Source: Oceanispirochaeta sp.
GTDB lineage: Bacteria; Spirochaetota; Spirochaetia; DSM-2461
DNA length: 64,000 nt
Assembly (NCBI GenBank): GCA_963663385.2
Contig: CAXXXD010000002.1
Coordinates: 1,344,001-1,408,000 of the forward strand
Direction: 5' to 3'
The stretch's first letter is position 1. Every line of letters begins with the position of its first letter. Position numbers and translations under genes: made by a program. The notes beneath the pieces are model-generated. The model saw only the letters and a program-made list of their open reading frames with translations, did no database searches and had not been told where the DNA came from. Below, in pieces: positions 11,156 to 21,179 of this stretch.

Positions 11156-11706
11156 GTACAATTTTTATATCGGGTGATTCAGTGAATCTGTGTATCCTCG
11201 AAGAATGGGCGCTCGACGGCTCCTATGTTCATTGGTTGAACGATCCTGAGATCTGTCAATTCAATTCCCACCATGTTTTTCCGAATGAGAAGAGCCGGAT
11301 GCATGATTTTATCAAATCGCTGGAGATGAACAGAAGTCAGATCGTCCTGGCTATCTGCCTTAAAGATTCGGGACTTCATGTCGGTAATATTTCTCTTCAG
11401 GGAATAGATCTGATAACTCGTTGCGCCGAGTTTGCAATTATTTTGGGAGAGAGAAGTTCCTGGGGGAAGGGAATAGCCTCTGAAGCTTCACGACTACTGC
11501 TCAATCATGGTTTTATGGAATTGGGCCTCAATAGGATTCATTGCGGCACATCCGATAAAAACGTGGGGATGCAAAAGCTTGCTGAAGCACTGGGCATGAA
11601 GCTTGAGGGCAGAAGAAGGGAAGCATTGTTTAAGCATGGTGAATTCAACGATATCCTGGAATACGGGATCTTGAAATCTGAATACTTCGACATAAAAGGA
11701 AAATGA
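11152..11706 (+). CDS. GNAT N-acetyltransferase (RimJ/RimL-like)
   Basis: WLNDPEI, HVGNISL, WGKGIASEA, LNRIHCGT, LGMKLEGRRR. Confidence 0.85.
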   Translation: MSTIFISGDSVNLCILEEWALDGSYVHWLNDPEICQFNSHHVFPNEKSRMHDFIKSLEMNRSQIVLAICLKDSGLHVGNISLQGIDLITRCAEFAIILGERSSWGKGIASEASRLLLNHGFMELGLNRIHCGTSDKNVGMQKLAEALGMKLEGRRREALFKHGEFNDILEYGILKSEYFDIKGK

Positions 11707-11713
11707 GGCCGGC

Positions 11714-13486
11714 GTGCGATTAGTTTTTGCAAATAGATCTTTCAGCAGACATGAAATAAAAGACGATTCGGCAATCGTCCCTTTATCCGCAGGGGCGATG
11801 AAGTCGGTTATCGATAACGAACTGGATTATATCAGAATAGAGGACTATATCCGTTCGGATTATTCTGAAAAAGACAGAGAGGCATTATGGAGTATTTTCA
11901 GATCATTATTTGAAAAAGGCGATGAAATTGTCAGCATCGTTCATAAGGACGCTAGGCTGCGTCTGTTCGGCCCTTTCAGCCTTTTTGCTATGAAACTGAG
12001 AGTCAACTGGGAAACCAGAATCCACTTTTTTTGTGCTTTTCTGGATATGATTGAGCAGATCAAACCCGATAGTCTACATTTCTGGGGAGAGTGCGACGCT
12101 CAGGAGGATTACCAGCCCCATTCTCCCAATTCCAGATTCTCATCGAATATGTATGTATCTTTGCTTGCAGAGCTGGCAAAGCGATATCATATTTCTCTGG
12201 AAATTGATAATACAGCTATATTAAAGAAGGATGAAGTAGTAAAAATTTCATTGAAGCAGATCTTGATTACAAAAATGAAATATCTGTTTAAAGATATTAA
12301 AATATTAAACCGGAATAGAGTTATAATCAAGGAAACGGGTATTCCCAAAATAAAGGCGAGAGCCGTTTTTCTTCAAACCACCTGGGGAGTATATTATTAT
12401 TCACAATTCTTTAAAAAGATAAGAATAGCCAGCAAATTCAGATATTCTCCTCAAACAGAGACAGGCTTTTCATATGAATATAATTCTATGCAGCCGATCG
12501 TTAACAAATTGAATGAATTATTTTCCACAGATGTGTCTTTTATTATCTCGGAAGTCCTCAATTCTTTTTCCGGAATCATTCCTGTGGAAGTGGAAAAAGC
12601 TACTGCCATAGAAAAGAAACTTCTGTCTTTGAAAGCCGATTATTTATTCTATACGAATCCGTCGGAAGATATTCTGCCCTTATTGATGGCTGCGAAATGG
12701 AATAAAGAAATCAGGACGGTATGCAAATCTCACGGAGATAGTGTTTTTGATCTGACGCTGTGGAGGGAGAACGAATTTAAACCTGCATCGGTTTATTTGA
12801 CAGAGTTTGCCGAATTCGGAGAATATTGCGCCGATATGATTGCGCGAACTGATTATGGAACTCTGGTGTTAAGCGATGCGATACGCTTGCAGAAGAATAT
12901 TCCTTCTGATAAATCAGAAAAATCAAAACCGAGACTGATTTATGTCCCCGGTTTATTCGATACGCATCAGACGATAGATCGGACTGACATTCCCATACCC
13001 CTTTACTATAGAATTCAGTTTCAGATCCTTGAAGCACTGAATGGCTGTAAAGATTTTCAGGTCGTATATAAGTGCTTGCCCGGAGCGAATGATCATTATC
13101 ATGAACCCATTCCTGAAATCATAAATGAAAAGTTTAAAAATATTACTGTATCCAGGAACACGATGGATTTTGAACTGAAATCTGCCGATTATTGCCTCTT
13201 TGATACGCCTTCCTCGGCGATGTGGGATTCAATAAATCACCGAGTTAAGTGTAAATCGCTGTTGTGGAAAGAATTAGTGGTTAGGGAAACAGCGCTTGAG
13301 TATTATGGCGAATACATTGAACCATTCAATTCGGATCTTGATGTCGCAGAGAAAGTTAATCGTATTATCGCGGAGATGGACTTTCGCAGCATATCAGAGC
13401 ATAGTGCGGAGATATTAAAAAAAACAACGAGAGAAATCGCACTTTTTTTTAAAAATGCAGTGATTGAGAATCTCGCGTCCAAATGA
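11714..13486 (+). CDS. Hypothetical protein, putative surface-carbohydrate transferase
   Basis: 590-aa ORF (GTG start) directly upstream of wzx; SHGD and DTPSSA motifs; function inferred from context only. Confidence 0.5.
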   Translation: MRLVFANRSFSRHEIKDDSAIVPLSAGAMKSVIDNELDYIRIEDYIRSDYSEKDREALWSIFRSLFEKGDEIVSIVHKDARLRLFGPFSLFAMKLRVNWETRIHFFCAFLDMIEQIKPDSLHFWGECDAQEDYQPHSPNSRFSSNMYVSLLAELAKRYHISLEIDNTAILKKDEVVKISLKQILITKMKYLFKDIKILNRNRVIIKETGIPKIKARAVFLQTTWGVYYYSQFFKKIRIASKFRYSPQTETGFSYEYNSMQPIVNKLNELFSTDVSFIISEVLNSFSGIIPVEVEKATAIEKKLLSLKADYLFYTNPSEDILPLLMAAKWNKEIRTVCKSHGDSVFDLTLWRENEFKPASVYLTEFAEFGEYCADMIARTDYGTLVLSDAIRLQKNIPSDKSEKSKPRLIYVPGLFDTHQTIDRTDIPIPLYYRIQFQILEALNGCKDFQVVYKCLPGANDHYHEPIPEIINEKFKNITVSRNTMDFELKSADYCLFDTPSSAMWDSINHRVKCKSLLWKELVVRETALEYYGEYIEPFNSDLDVAEKVNRIIAEMDFRSISEHSAEILKKTTREIALFFKNAVIENLASK

Positions 13487-13535
13487 AAATGAATCGCGAA
13501 AAAGCCAAGTGGCAGCGATAGTCCAGGAGCATTGA

Positions 13536-15080
13536 TTGAGCATTAAAAGATCATTCTTTTCAAATTATATAAAAATTTATTTCTGGCAGGGATTGGCCAT
13601 ATTTTTCGGTTTCCTGACAATGTTTATTGTCACGCCTTTCCTTTCCAGTAATAAATCCGTGTTCGGAATCTATTCCGTATGCATCTCCGTTTCAGTTTTT
13701 CTTTCCTATGCGGATCTGGGTTTTTTAGGAGCCGGTCAGAAATTCGCCGCCGAAGAATATGCAAGAGGAAATTTAAAAAAAGAAAGGGAAATCGTCGGCT
13801 TTACAGGTTTCATTCTGTTTGTTTTTGTTATCATATGCGCTCTAACATTCTTATATCTGAGCATAAACCCGCAGATCATTCTTTCAAACATAAGTTTGAA
13901 AGAAAAGGCTATCGCATCAAAGTTACTGGGTATTTTATCGATCGCAGCATTCATTACGGTATTGCAGCGAGTGGCTCAAATGATCTACAGCATCAGAATT
14001 GAAGAATATATTTTCCAACGATTGATGATTGCGGGAAATTTTGTCAAGTTGTTATCAGTTTATTATTTTTTCCGTAAATCGAACTACGATATCGTCGGCT
14101 ATTTCGCATTCGTGCAACTCACCAATTTCACAGCAATTACCATATCATTAGTCATCGCCAATCGCAGGTACAAATATAAAGTTCTCAATTTGATTAGATC
14201 GATTAAATTCAAAAAGGATATCTTCAGTAAAACTAAGAATCTTGCATTCAGCAGTTTGTTTATGACCGTGTCCTGGCTGTTGTACAATGAATTGGACAAT
14301 TTTGTCATTGGGAAGGTTTTGGGTCCGGATAAAGTCGCTATTTATGCCCTCGGCTTATCCATGATGACTTTCTTCCGATCTTTTTTCGGCGGCTTTTTTT
14401 CTCCTTTCTTAAGCAGATTCAATCACTATATAGGAATAGATGATTCCGAAGGTTTGAAACAGACTTTCACCCAACTCGTCCAGTTCACATTTCCCGTTGT
14501 CGTTTTTACTGTGACCACCTTGTTGATACTCACTGAACCTTTGGTTTTCACATGGGTCGGTCCTGGCTATGAAATGTCCGTCGGCATAATGCGTTTTTTG
14601 ATTTCATGTAATATTTACTCTTTCATTACTTATCCCGCATCGATACTTCTTGTTTCCCAAGAGAGAATCAAGGCATTATATATCATGGGAATGGCGATGC
14701 CAGTGATTTATTGGCTGGGTATCGCTTTAACTTTTCCGATACTGGGATTAAAAGCATTTTCCTTATTCAAATTCGTCGCGGCGAGTATCACTGCTGTGAT
14801 TTATCTGTATATCATCATTAAATATCTCAATATCAGTTTGAAGAATTTTATCGAAAAAAATATCCTAAGCAGCGTTTTACCTTTGGCTGCTATGAGTTCC
14901 GTATTGCTGGCAGTCAGAGGCTTCCTGCCGATAACCAAAGGCAAATTGGAAATGCTGGCGGTCGTCGCGACCGGCGCCAGCGTGGCCGTTTTTTTCATCG
15001 TGATCACATTCTTGATCAATAAGGACTTGAGGATTAGGATTCTTGATGTCATAAGAAACAGAAAGGCTAAATCACTTTGA
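13536..15080 (+). CDS. wzx: Polysaccharide repeat-unit flippase
   Basis: About 12-14 hydrophobic segments; ADLGF, LDNFVIGKVLGPDKVAIY; AGGAG RBS, TTG start. Confidence 0.85.
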   Translation: MSIKRSFFSNYIKIYFWQGLAIFFGFLTMFIVTPFLSSNKSVFGIYSVCISVSVFLSYADLGFLGAGQKFAAEEYARGNLKKEREIVGFTGFILFVFVIICALTFLYLSINPQIILSNISLKEKAIASKLLGILSIAAFITVLQRVAQMIYSIRIEEYIFQRLMIAGNFVKLLSVYYFFRKSNYDIVGYFAFVQLTNFTAITISLVIANRRYKYKVLNLIRSIKFKKDIFSKTKNLAFSSLFMTVSWLLYNELDNFVIGKVLGPDKVAIYALGLSMMTFFRSFFGGFFSPFLSRFNHYIGIDDSEGLKQTFTQLVQFTFPVVVFTVTTLLILTEPLVFTWVGPGYEMSVGIMRFLISCNIYSFITYPASILLVSQERIKALYIMGMAMPVIYWLGIALTFPILGLKAFSLFKFVAASITAVIYLYIIIKYLNISLKNFIEKNILSSVLPLAAMSSVLLAVRGFLPITKGKLEMLAVVATGASVAVFFIVITFLINKDLRIRILDVIRNRKAKSL

Positions 15081-15121
15081 TCATAGTTCTGTTTCTAGAA
15101 AAGCTTGAGTAAGGAAGTTAC

Positions 15122-16015
15122 ATGAAAATCATTATTACAGGGTCATCTGGTTTTATCGGCTCAAACCTTGTCAAGAAATATATCGACGGCAACAGCGTCA
15201 TAGGATTCGACATTATGCCGAATCCCATATCTTCCGGGAATTTTGAACACATAGGATTCAATATCCATGATCTGGAACAGGTTATCGTCCGGTATAAGCC
15301 AGATCTTTTGATTCATTGCGCCGGCAATGCAGATATACAAAGGTCCATTTCAGATCCGCGATTCGATTTTTCAGCAAATGTGGATTTACTTTCCCAGATA
15401 TTGGATATACTGAGAAAGAATGATAGTAAAACACGCTTTATCAATTTATCCTCAGCAGCCGTCTACGGCAATCCTGAGGAACTCCCAATTAGAGAGAGCG
15501 ATACCCCCGAACCGATCAGTACATACGGTTTTCATAAGCATATCGGTGAAAAAATGTGCACCATGTACAAGCAATTATATGGACTGAGAACCTCATCCAT
15601 TCGCATCTTTTCGGTTTACGGCACGGGATTCAAAAGACAGGTCATTTGGGATATGTCAAGAAAGATTGTGAACCATGCTGATCTGGTATTATTCGGAACC
15701 GGAAACGAATCGAGGGATTTCATCCATATCGAAGATCTTGTTGATGCGATTGATCTTATTGCGAACGATCCCAACGAGGAAGACGTTTATAATGTTGGAA
15801 CGGGACAGGAAATCACGATCAGGGAGCTGACAAATCTTTTTAATGTTGCCATGGGCAAAGACTGCCGCTGGTCCTTCAATAACCAGACGAGAAAGGGTGA
15901 TCCTGTGAATTGGTGTTCTTCCATCCGGAAGATCCAAAACCTCGGATTCAAACAGAAAATAAGCATAGAGAACGGAATAAAGGAGATATATGAATGGTCG
16001 AAGACTATAAAGTAA
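15122..16015 (+). CDS. NAD-dependent epimerase/dehydratase (extended SDR)
   Basis: ITGSSGFIG, SSAAVYG, YGFHK, RDFIHIED. Confidence 0.88.
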   Translation: MKIIITGSSGFIGSNLVKKYIDGNSVIGFDIMPNPISSGNFEHIGFNIHDLEQVIVRYKPDLLIHCAGNADIQRSISDPRFDFSANVDLLSQILDILRKNDSKTRFINLSSAAVYGNPEELPIRESDTPEPISTYGFHKHIGEKMCTMYKQLYGLRTSSIRIFSVYGTGFKRQVIWDMSRKIVNHADLVLFGTGNESRDFIHIEDLVDAIDLIANDPNEEDVYNVGTGQEITIRELTNLFNVAMGKDCRWSFNNQTRKGDPVNWCSSIRKIQNLGFKQKISIENGIKEIYEWSKTIK

Positions 16016-17268
16016 CGGGAGATGAGGATACAGGAAAAATCCTGAACAATAAAATATTACTGTACTCTGATTGCATATTTTACGGCGGCTGTGAAAATAT
16101 GGTTACAATTCTGATGAACTCTAAGAGATTCGATATGGATTTTATTTACAGACAGACTGATATCTATGACAAAGGTCTGCATGAACAAGTACCGAGCAGA
16201 AACAATGTTTATCCACTGAAGATCAAAGATAGCATGACAATTATATCCAATCTTTTCGGTACTCCCCGTAATAGATTCATTCGGAATTTTATATGGATCC
16301 TTTTCTATCTGCCCCTCAGGTTTTATTGCATCACGAGTAATATCAGACCAATTTATAAGTTCATGAAAAAGAATAATTATGATCTTATCCATATAAATAA
16401 CGGTGGTTATCCCGGAGCTGAATCGGCATACAGCGCAGTCATTGCCGCTAAAATGGCAGGAATACCTAATATTACATATATGGTGAACAATCAGGCACTC
16501 GGTTATGACAGAGCTTTCAGATTCGCGGATTTTCTGTTGGATAAATTCACGGCTCGGGCTGTCACAAAATTCATTACGGCTTCCAAATCCGCGAAAAAAA
16601 TTCTATGCGATGTTCTGAAGATTCCCGCCGGACAAGTCGTCAATATATACAACGGTATCAAAATCAATGAGCCCGATGAAGACAGGAAAACCGTATTCGA
16701 TACATTAGGTTTGGATGAGAGTGTCTTTCTGGTGACTATCGTCGCTAATATTGAAACGAGAAAGGGTATCTTATTCGCTATTCAGGCCATTGAACGAATC
16801 AATAAATCCGCTAATTCAGGTAAAATCAAACTCGCGATCAGAGGAGAAGGCCCGATCAGGCCGGAAATCGAGGCTTATTTAAATACAAATGAAGTTAAAA
16901 ATGTCTTTTTCGTTGATCGGCAAAGAAACATATCCAATCTGATGGTGGCTTCAGATGTCCTTTTACTGCCTTCCATTGGCAATGAGGATTTACCGAATGT
17001 CATCTCCGAGGGAATGGGGCTTGGAAAAGTATTCATATCAACGACGGTCGCCGGGATTCCCGAACAGATCATAGATAAGGAAACTGGCTTAATTTGCCAG
17101 CCTGGTTCCGTTGATGAAATAGAGGAAGCTATATTATTTTGTTATAATAACCCTGAAAAGCTTAAGGAAATGGAAATAAAATCGAAAGAAAAATTCCTGA
17201 GTGATTTTGAGAGCCGCATCGCTGTCAGGGGATACGGTGAGTTGTTCAAGCAGCTGACGAGCGAATAA
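15994..17268 (+). CDS. Glycosyltransferase family 4
   Basis: IYNGI, RKG, EDLPNVISEGMGLGK (E-x7-E), GIPEQIIDKETG. Confidence 0.85.
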   Translation: MVEDYKVTGDEDTGKILNNKILLYSDCIFYGGCENMVTILMNSKRFDMDFIYRQTDIYDKGLHEQVPSRNNVYPLKIKDSMTIISNLFGTPRNRFIRNFIWILFYLPLRFYCITSNIRPIYKFMKKNNYDLIHINNGGYPGAESAYSAVIAAKMAGIPNITYMVNNQALGYDRAFRFADFLLDKFTARAVTKFITASKSAKKILCDVLKIPAGQVVNIYNGIKINEPDEDRKTVFDTLGLDESVFLVTIVANIETRKGILFAIQAIERINKSANSGKIKLAIRGEGPIRPEIEAYLNTNEVKNVFFVDRQRNISNLMVASDVLLLPSIGNEDLPNVISEGMGLGKVFISTTVAGIPEQIIDKETGLICQPGSVDEIEEAILFCYNNPEKLKEMEIKSKEKFLSDFESRIAVRGYGELFKQLTSE

Positions 17269-17288
17269 TTCTTTGATATGGTGAAATA

Positions 17289-17942
17289 ATGAATAAAATC
17301 AAATCAATTCTTCGAAAATATTACCATAGATATAAAGAGAGAGAAGTAAGGAAAAAACTCGAATCGAACTGTAAAATTGATAAGTCCGCGATAATCCTGC
17401 CCGGCTCGAATATCAGTTTCAGTGGTAATAAGGATGATAGAATCTATTTAGAGGTGGGAGAGAAGTCTCTGGTTTGTTTCAATGCGATCTTCGAAACCTC
17501 CAGAGGGCAAATTAAAATAGGGAATAATGTCAATATGGGCTATACCACTATTATATCCCGCAACAGTGTTACAGTTGAAGACAATGTGACTATGGCTTGG
17601 GGGATTACACTTTACGATCATAATTCCCATAGTGTCGATTGGGATGAAAGGCAGCATGATAACGAAAGGTGTTATGCCGATACGAAGAGATATGGGAATC
17701 CCATTGTCAGCAAAGATTGGAGCGTTGTCAGGGATGCCCCTGTGAGAATATGCAAAAAGGCATGGATCGGTTTTAATGTCATTGTTCTAAAAGGCGTCAC
17801 TATTGGAGAAGGGGCCGTTATCGGCGCCGGGAGCGTCGTTGCTAAGGATATACCCCCGTTTTGTATTGCCGCTGGCAATCCGGCGAAAGTAATCAGATAT
17901 TTAAATGAATCTCAAGAAATGAAGGATGGAGTGGAAAATTGA
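17289..17942 (+). CDS. Hexapeptide-repeat (LbH) acyltransferase
   Basis: [40 protein letters not shown]. Confidence 0.88.
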   Translation: MNKIKSILRKYYHRYKEREVRKKLESNCKIDKSAIILPGSNISFSGNKDDRIYLEVGEKSLVCFNAIFETSRGQIKIGNNVNMGYTTIISRNSVTVEDNVTMAWGITLYDHNSHSVDWDERQHDNERCYADTKRYGNPIVSKDWSVVRDAPVRICKKAWIGFNVIVLKGVTIGEGAVIGAGSVVAKDIPPFCIAAGNPAKVIRYLNESQEMKDGVEN

Positions 17943-18721
17943 AAACAGTCATTTTGTGCGGAGGATTCGGTACCAGAATCAGAGAAGTCGAAGAGACCCT
18001 GCCGAAGCCTATGCTTCCTATTGGGAATTACCCGATAATCTGGCATATAATGAAATATTATTCATCATATGAATATAAGGATTTTATTCTATGTCTGGGC
18101 TACAAAGGTTCAGTCATCAAAGATTTCTTTCTAAATTACAAAGAAAGGATTTCAGACTTCACTTTGAAGTTGGATCAGAGTACGGATATAGAATATCATA
18201 ACCAGTTTTCAGAGGCTGATTGGTCAGTCTCATTAATCAACACGGGGCTTAACGCAATGACTGGCGCTCGTGTGAACAGAGTTCAGAAATATATCGGAGA
18301 TGATGAAACATTCATGCTGACATATGGAGACGGTGTGGGAAACATAGATATCAAACGTCTGGTTGAATTTCATAAATCTCACGGTAAAGCGCTGACCGTC
18401 ACAGGCGTCCAGCCTCCTGGTCGGTTTGGTGAACTGGAAATCGCTGACGACAATATCGTTACCGGTTTCAATGAAAAGCCCCAGAGCACAGGTGGTTATA
18501 TTAACGGAGGTTTCTTTGTTTGTAATAGAGCAATCTTTGATTTTATGGATGATCGGGAAAACCTGGTTTTTGAAAAGGATGTCATAGAAAACATTGTTAA
18601 CGCAAATGAACTAATGGTTTACAAACATGACGGATTCTGGCAGCCGATGGATACCTCAAGGGAATATCACATATTAAATGATCTTTACGATAAAGGAAAC
18701 GCGCCATGGGTAAGATGGTAA
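17939..18721 (+). CDS. rfbF: Glucose-1-phosphate cytidylyltransferase
   Basis: [40 protein letters not shown]. Confidence 0.9.
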   Translation: MKTVILCGGFGTRIREVEETLPKPMLPIGNYPIIWHIMKYYSSYEYKDFILCLGYKGSVIKDFFLNYKERISDFTLKLDQSTDIEYHNQFSEADWSVSLINTGLNAMTGARVNRVQKYIGDDETFMLTYGDGVGNIDIKRLVEFHKSHGKALTVTGVQPPGRFGELEIADDNIVTGFNEKPQSTGGYINGGFFVCNRAIFDFMDDRENLVFEKDVIENIVNANELMVYKHDGFWQPMDTSREYHILNDLYDKGNAPWVRW

Positions 18722-19773
18722 GATTCGATCCTGCGTTCTATAACGGGAAAAAAGTACTGATAACTGGCGATTCCGGATTCAAAGGTTCCTGGCTTTCTTT
18801 GCTGCTCTGGCATTATGGAGCAGATGTCGTAGGCTATTCGTTACCTCCCCGAACTCCTGAAGATCATTACCATGCAATTGGGCTCGACCAAAAAATCGAC
18901 CATGTGGACGGAGATCTGGCTGATATGGGTTTATTGAAGGCAACCTTTGATTATCACAAACCCGAGATTGTGTTTCATCTGGCAGCTCAGCCTTTGGTCA
19001 GGTTATCTTACGAGGAACCTTCAAATACCTTTCTGACGAATGTTCAGGGATCGATAAATGTTTTTGAATGCGTAAGGCTGTGTTCTTCAGTAAAATCATT
19101 TATTTGCGTCACCTCAGATAAATGTTATAAGAACAAAGAGTGGATCTGGGGTTATCGAGAAACCGATGAACTGGGAGGACATGACCCTTATAGCGCATCA
19201 AAGGCAGCTTTGGAAGTAGTTTTTGAATCATACAGGTTGTCTTTTTTTGATAAAATTCCCGGTCTGGGTGTTTCTTCGGTCAGAGCAGGAAATGTTATCG
19301 GAGGCGGGGATTGGTCTCTGGACCGCATTATTCCCGATTGCGTTAAAGCAATACAAAGCGGCGAGCCTATTCTTATCAGGAGCCCTGAGGCCACCAGGCC
19401 CTGGCAGCATGTTCTTGAGCCTCTTTCAGGATATATAAGACTAGCCCAGTTTATGTATGAAGATCCTAAAGGGTATTCAGGTGCCTGGAATTTCGGACCC
19501 AATAATACATCCCACAAATCTGTGTTGGAAATGGTTAAAGAAGTAGTTGATTGCTGGGGCACCGGAGAAATCCGGATAGAGAAAAATGAAAATAATCCTC
19601 ATGAGGCGGGATTTTTACATTTGAACTGCGATAAGGCGAATAACTATCTGGATTGGAATCCGGTCTGGAATTTCAAGCAGACTATAAAAGAAACGGTCGA
19701 TTGGTACCGGGCAGTTGGAAAAGAAGACTTTTCCATCAAGCAGATAACAAATTTTTTTAACGGAGTAAAATAA
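18715..19773 (+). CDS. rfbG: CDP-glucose 4,6-dehydratase
   Basis: VLITGDSGFKGSWL, HLAAQPLV, TSDKCY, YSASK, RPWQHVLEPL; alternative start at 18706. Confidence 0.92.
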   Translation: MVRFDPAFYNGKKVLITGDSGFKGSWLSLLLWHYGADVVGYSLPPRTPEDHYHAIGLDQKIDHVDGDLADMGLLKATFDYHKPEIVFHLAAQPLVRLSYEEPSNTFLTNVQGSINVFECVRLCSSVKSFICVTSDKCYKNKEWIWGYRETDELGGHDPYSASKAALEVVFESYRLSFFDKIPGLGVSSVRAGNVIGGGDWSLDRIIPDCVKAIQSGEPILIRSPEATRPWQHVLEPLSGYIRLAQFMYEDPKGYSGAWNFGPNNTSHKSVLEMVKEVVDCWGTGEIRIEKNENNPHEAGFLHLNCDKANNYLDWNPVWNFKQTIKETVDWYRAVGKEDFSIKQITNFFNGVK

Positions 19774-20222
19774 TGATTGATGGCGTTGAGATTCACCCTT
19801 TAAAACAGATTCATGATGAACGGGGTAAAATAATGCATATGCTGAAAAGCGATTCCCCCCATTTCAGGAGTTTCGGAGAAATTTATTTCTCTTGCGTTCA
19901 TCCCCAGGCTATCAAGGGATGGCATATCCATTCCAAAATGTATTTGAATTATGCCGTCGTTCATGGCCAGATTAAATTCGTTCTATATGATGAAAGAGAA
20001 AACAGTCCTACGAAAGGAGAAATCCAGGAAATCTTTATGGGACCGGAAAATTACTGTCTCGTTACAGTACCGCCGTTTGTTTGGAATGGTTTCAAAGGTC
20101 TTGGAACTGAGCAAGCCATAGTAGCTAATTGTCCAACTATTCCGCATGATCCTGACGAAATCGATCGTTTGGATCCTTTTGATCAGAGAATCCCCTATGA
20201 TTGGAGTATTAAGCATAGATGA
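19773..20222 (+). CDS. RmlC-like cupin NDP-4-keto-6-deoxyhexose 3(,5)-epimerase
   Basis: DERG, FGEIYFS, IKGWHIH, VPPFVWNGF, HDPDEI. Confidence 0.85.
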   Translation: MIDGVEIHPLKQIHDERGKIMHMLKSDSPHFRSFGEIYFSCVHPQAIKGWHIHSKMYLNYAVVHGQIKFVLYDERENSPTKGEIQEIFMGPENYCLVTVPPFVWNGFKGLGTEQAIVANCPTIPHDPDEIDRLDPFDQRIPYDWSIKHR

Positions 20223-21148
20223 GCAGAGTTCTAGTAACAGGCGGGACGGGCTACCTCGGAGGAAGAATCGTCGACTTCCTTGCGGGGCAGGGCCATTCCG
20301 TGAAAAGCGGAACGAGACGGAAGTCATTGGCAGGCGATGGTATCCATGTCTATACAAATTTCGATGATCAAGTAGATTTAACACGATCTTTCGGAGAATT
20401 CGACGCAATCGTCCATCTGGCGGGAATGAATGAAATAGATGCCTCGACAGATCCTGAAGCTGCCATACTTACAACCGCCAACTACACCGTTCGGGCGTTG
20501 AAAGCATCTAAAGACAACGGTATCGGGAAATTCATATATTTCTCTACAGCCCACGTATACGGATCGCCTTTGCGCGGAGTTCTTGATGAGCAATCGCCAA
20601 CCTTTCCCACACACCCATACTCCATCACGCACAGGGCAAGCGAGGATTTCGTTTATGAGGCTCATGTCAAATCCGAGTTGTCGACTGTCATTTTCAGACT
20701 ATCCAATGGTTTCGGATTTCCAATGGATAAAAATGTGAACAGGTGGACTCTGCTGGTCAATGACTTATGTAAACAGCTGGCAATATCTGGAAAGATCACG
20801 CTAAAATCGCCCGGTATACAATATAGGGATTTTATCACCTTGCATGACGTTTGCAGGGCCGTAGAATTTTTTCTGGACAAGTCTAAACTTGTCAATCCAT
20901 TCTTTAATCTGGGCAGCGGGACCTCTATCAGAATTATCGATATGGCTGAAGCAATCGCGGACAGATATGAAGCGATGACCGGTCAAAAGCCGATTATGGA
21001 TATACCTGAGGCGAAAGACGATTCCGCGTCCGACTCATTTCAATTTTCCATTCAAAAACTTCTGGACGAAGGATTCGAAATCACCAATGACGGATCATTT
21101 GAAATAGATGAAATGTTAAAAAGATGTTCAGTCTGGTATTCGGATTAA
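20219..21148 (+). CDS. NAD-dependent SDR, putative CDP-4-keto-6-deoxyhexose 4-reductase
   Basis: VLVTGGTGYLG, FSTAHVYG, YSITH, RDFI; follows rfbFG and the epimerase. Confidence 0.75.
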   Translation: MSRVLVTGGTGYLGGRIVDFLAGQGHSVKSGTRRKSLAGDGIHVYTNFDDQVDLTRSFGEFDAIVHLAGMNEIDASTDPEAAILTTANYTVRALKASKDNGIGKFIYFSTAHVYGSPLRGVLDEQSPTFPTHPYSITHRASEDFVYEAHVKSELSTVIFRLSNGFGFPMDKNVNRWTLLVNDLCKQLAISGKITLKSPGIQYRDFITLHDVCRAVEFFLDKSKLVNPFFNLGSGTSIRIIDMAEAIADRYEAMTGQKPIMDIPEAKDDSASDSFQFSIQKLLDEGFEITNDGSFEIDEMLKRCSVWYSD

Positions 21149-21179
21149 GACGTTACACATTATTAGGAATCTCAGTGTT

